A stretch of 64,000 nucleotides of DNA from assembly GCA_918797485.1 (NCBI GenBank), contig CAKKNE010000002.1:5890001-5954000 (forward strand), in the 5' to 3' direction. Below are positions 61,697 to 64,000 of the stretch, piece after piece. The translations under genes were made by a program, and so were the position numbers. The DNA comes from Pelagomonas calceolata. Lineage: Eukaryota. The notes under the pieces were generated by a model that was not told the origin of the DNA, ran no database searches, and saw nothing but the letters and a program-made list of their open reading frames with translations. The first letter of the stretch is position 1, and each line of letters starts with the position of its first letter.

Positions 61697-64000
61697 ATGC
61701 GACGGCGCAACAAGCCCGGCTGCCGGGGCCTAAAGGCCCTGGCTGCTTTGCTTAGTGCAGCAGCCATCATACTTTTAGCGCTGCGCCAGCGCTCGACGAC
61801 GCCGCCGCCGAGGGCGCTCGTCAAGTCCGAGAGCAAAGCCTCGGAAGCGCTGCGGGCGGTACGGGCCGCGGACGCGCGCACGCGCGACGCCGAGGCGCGC
61901 GCCGCGGACGCCGACCACGTGGCCCAGGAGGCCAAGGGCGACGCCGAACGGCGCGAAGAGCTGAACCAGGCGCTGCAAGCGCGAGCGCAGGCCGCCGACG
62001 CCGCCGCGAGCGCGGCGGAAGCTCGGGAGCAGGCGAGCAATGCGCGCGCCGCGGCGGCCGAGCGCCGGGCGGCGCAAGCGGAGGCGGCGCTCAAAGCTCG
62101 GGAGCAGGCGAGCAATGCGCGCGCCGCGGCGGCCGAGCGCCGGGCGGCGCAAGCGGAGGCGGCGCTCGGAGCCGCGAAGCCGGTCGCCGCGGCGGGCGCG
62201 CCAGTCTACGCTCCGGGCCAGCGCCCCTCGTGGATGACGCAGGTCGACTGCTCGGCCTACGACTACTCCTGCGCGTCGTCGCGCATGCGCGGCGCCTACG
62301 AGGCCTACCCGCTGCACCGGCCGCCGAGCGAGATCTCGGACACGCTGCCGTTGGACGCGGACGGCGGCGCCGCGTTCCGCAAGCGCATTCTCGCGCGGCT
62401 CGTCGCGCCGGCCGCGCCGGCCGCGGCGCCGTCGCGACGGTGGTGGCTCGCGGCGACGGCCTCCGACGAGGGCGCCGTACAAGTCTCCAAGGACCCCGAA
62501 ACGACGCGGCGAGCGCTGGAGGCGTCGCGATTGACGTCGCTCGACGACCGCCTGCAGGCCGCCGTTTCCTCGGAAGGCGCCGTGCCCGGCTCCACGGTCC
62601 TCCCCGCACCGCTCAGCAAGCGCCTGGCCTGGACGATGATGGACAAAAAGTACGCGCACGACATGCTCTTCGACGTCGCGCACATGGCGCGGCACGTCGC
62701 CGGCTTCGAGAAGCTCGTCGTGGTCGCGCTGGACGAGCCGACGACGCGCGCCTGCGCCGCGGGCAGCATCAGCGCGGCGTCCGCCGGCGCGTCACAAACC
62801 AGTGGAATTCAGGCGTCCGGCAAGATGAAGGGCGTGTCGAATGCATTGGTTGAGGTCGTGCAGGGGGCCAAGTTCAAGGCCTCGCTCTGGTTCGTGCAGA
62901 AAGGTTACGACTTTGTGTTCTTCGAGGCCGACGTGTGGTTCACGAAAAGAGTGGATGTGCTCTGGAGCGCCGCGCACCGGGACGTCGTCACTTATCAGGA
63001 GTCGCGCACGCTGCCGTTGGAGGAGGTGGACTTGTACGTCGCGGCGCACCAGAACAATCCAACCTCCACAAACATCGGCGTCTACGCCGCGCGCGCGACG
63101 GACGCGTCCCGCGAGTTCTTTTCGGGCTTGCTCGAGGAGATGCGGCTGAAGCCCGGCAAGCACGACCAGTTGTTGTTTCACAATTTGTTGACGTGGCACC
63201 GCATGAAGCCGTCGCAGCCCGTCCCCGGGGACTGGGGCGACGCTCCGAAGGTACCGAGACCGACGAACCCGGCGGCCTGGGCGTTCATCGACAACCACCA
63301 GGGCGTGGCCTCGACGCACCCGATCATCACGCAGGACACGGCCTTCGTCCACACCCTGGGCAACGTCCCGTTAGATTCCCAGGAGGGCAAGAAGATCCAG
63401 TCCAAGGAGCTCGGGGCCTGGCACGGGCTCGGGAGTCCCCCGGGGACGCCGTCCTACTACGGTGCTTCGGCGCACGACGGCCGCACGAAATACCTCGCGC
63501 TGGACGGCTCTCCCTTAAACGGCATCTCGCTGTGCGAGCGGGACGGCTACCACAATGGTAGGATAGCGAAGGCGCGCGTGGCCGTTTTATTAGCGTTGGC
63601 CGCGCACACGGGCCGCGTGCTGCTGCTCCCGCGCGTCGTGGTCGACTACCACCAGTACTTTCTGTGGACGTTCCTCGACTTGAAAAGTGTCGGCTACGGC
63701 GTCGAGTGGCGAGAGACGAACTTCCCCTCGAACCCGCGGAGCTGGAAGAACGGCACGCACGCGTTCGGGTCATCGGCGCGCGTGTCGCTCCAGAAGCACG
63801 CCGTGGGGACGATGACCGCCGCGGGGCCGCGGTGGGCGGCACCGCCAAAAGGAGGCGCGTTGGCCGACCTCTTGGCCGCGGCCCTGAAGCCCCACGACGG
63901 CGCGGAGCTGTTGCTGGTCGACCTGGCCTTTGCGGATGAAAGGTTTGTTTCGACTCTGGCGAACTGCGAGTCCGAGCAAGCATGCGAGCGGCGTGGTATT
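61697..64000 (+). CDS. GT77/XEG113-like nucleotide-diphospho-sugar transferase (runs off the window; not in the ORF track)
   Basis: Open frame from ATG 61697: TM, stem repeats, VVALDE, GYDFVFFEADVW, NIGVY, HDQLLF, LALAAHTGRVLLLPR. Confidence 0.8.
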   Translation, partial: MRRRNKPGCRGLKALAALLSAAAIILLALRQRSTTPPPRALVKSESKASEALRAVRAADARTRDAEARAADADHVAQEAKGDAERREELNQALQARAQAADAAASAAEAREQASNARAAAAERRAAQAEAALKAREQASNARAAAAERRAAQAEAALGAAKPVAAAGAPVYAPGQRPSWMTQVDCSAYDYSCASSRMRGAYEAYPLHRPPSEISDTLPLDADGGAAFRKRILARLVAPAAPAAAPSRRWWLAATASDEGAVQVSKDPETTRRALEASRLTSLDDRLQAAVSSEGAVPGSTVLPAPLSKRLAWTMMDKKYAHDMLFDVAHMARHVAGFEKLVVVALDEPTTRACAAGSISAASAGASQTSGIQASGKMKGVSNALVEVVQGAKFKASLWFVQKGYDFVFFEADVWFTKRVDVLWSAAHRDVVTYQESRTLPLEEVDLYVAAHQNNPTSTNIGVYAARATDASREFFSGLLEEMRLKPGKHDQLLFHNLLTWHRMKPSQPVPGDWGDAPKVPRPTNPAAWAFIDNHQGVASTHPIITQDTAFVHTLGNVPLDSQEGKKIQSKELGAWHGLGSPPGTPSYYGASAHDGRTKYLALDGSPLNGISLCERDGYHNGRIAKARVAVLLALAAHTGRVLLLPRVVVDYHQYFLWTFLDLKSVGYGVEWRETNFPSNPRSWKNGTHAFGSSARVSLQKHAVGTMTAAGPRWAAPPKGGALADLLAAALKPHDGAELLLVDLAFADERFVSTLANCESEQACERRGI

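Larger units (their letters stand above)
60258..62200. repeat. Tandem segmental duplication of promoter plus N-terminal coding region
   Basis: gcaccgctcaattgattgctcagctggact at 60258 and 61426; 60407-60880 nearly identical to 61727-62200. Confidence 0.92.

Noticed and set aside
1..64000. tRNA, rRNA or snRNA genes
   Set aside because: No cloverleaf or rRNA-like sequence recognised by eye; a covariance-model search was not possible.

Overview
Gene-dense, very GC-rich eukaryotic nuclear DNA carrying about 42 protein-coding genes. Short spliceosomal introns, signal or bipartite-type N-termini and the introner type suggest a pelagophyte alga (Pelagomonas/Aureococcus-like); this is inference, not a database result. 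Two dispersed systems dominate. (1) A family of at least 13 introner elements: non-autonomous TIR transposons (TIR CTGTGTGGAAATCAA...TTGATTTCCACACAG, 8-bp TSD) inserted in coding sequence. The GT/GC donor comes from the upstream TSD copy and the AG acceptor from the TIR end, so splicing restores the reading frame. They form a decay series from about 202 bp down to about 53 bp, and the sense-strand AG is always kept. (2) A 22-bp CTAG-bounded motif (CTAGTGTCTTACAGGCCGCTAG) with about 19 copies, 6 of them perfect. All are intergenic and 18 lie on the 5' side of a gene; I do not recognise it as a described element. Also notable: a tandem duplication that puts one promoter, anchor and stem on two different Golgi-type catalytic domains; an M1 aminopeptidase homolog with degenerate catalytic motifs; adjacent SAM-domain E3 ligases; and gene relics. 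No rRNA, tRNA, CRISPR array or transposase was recognised.
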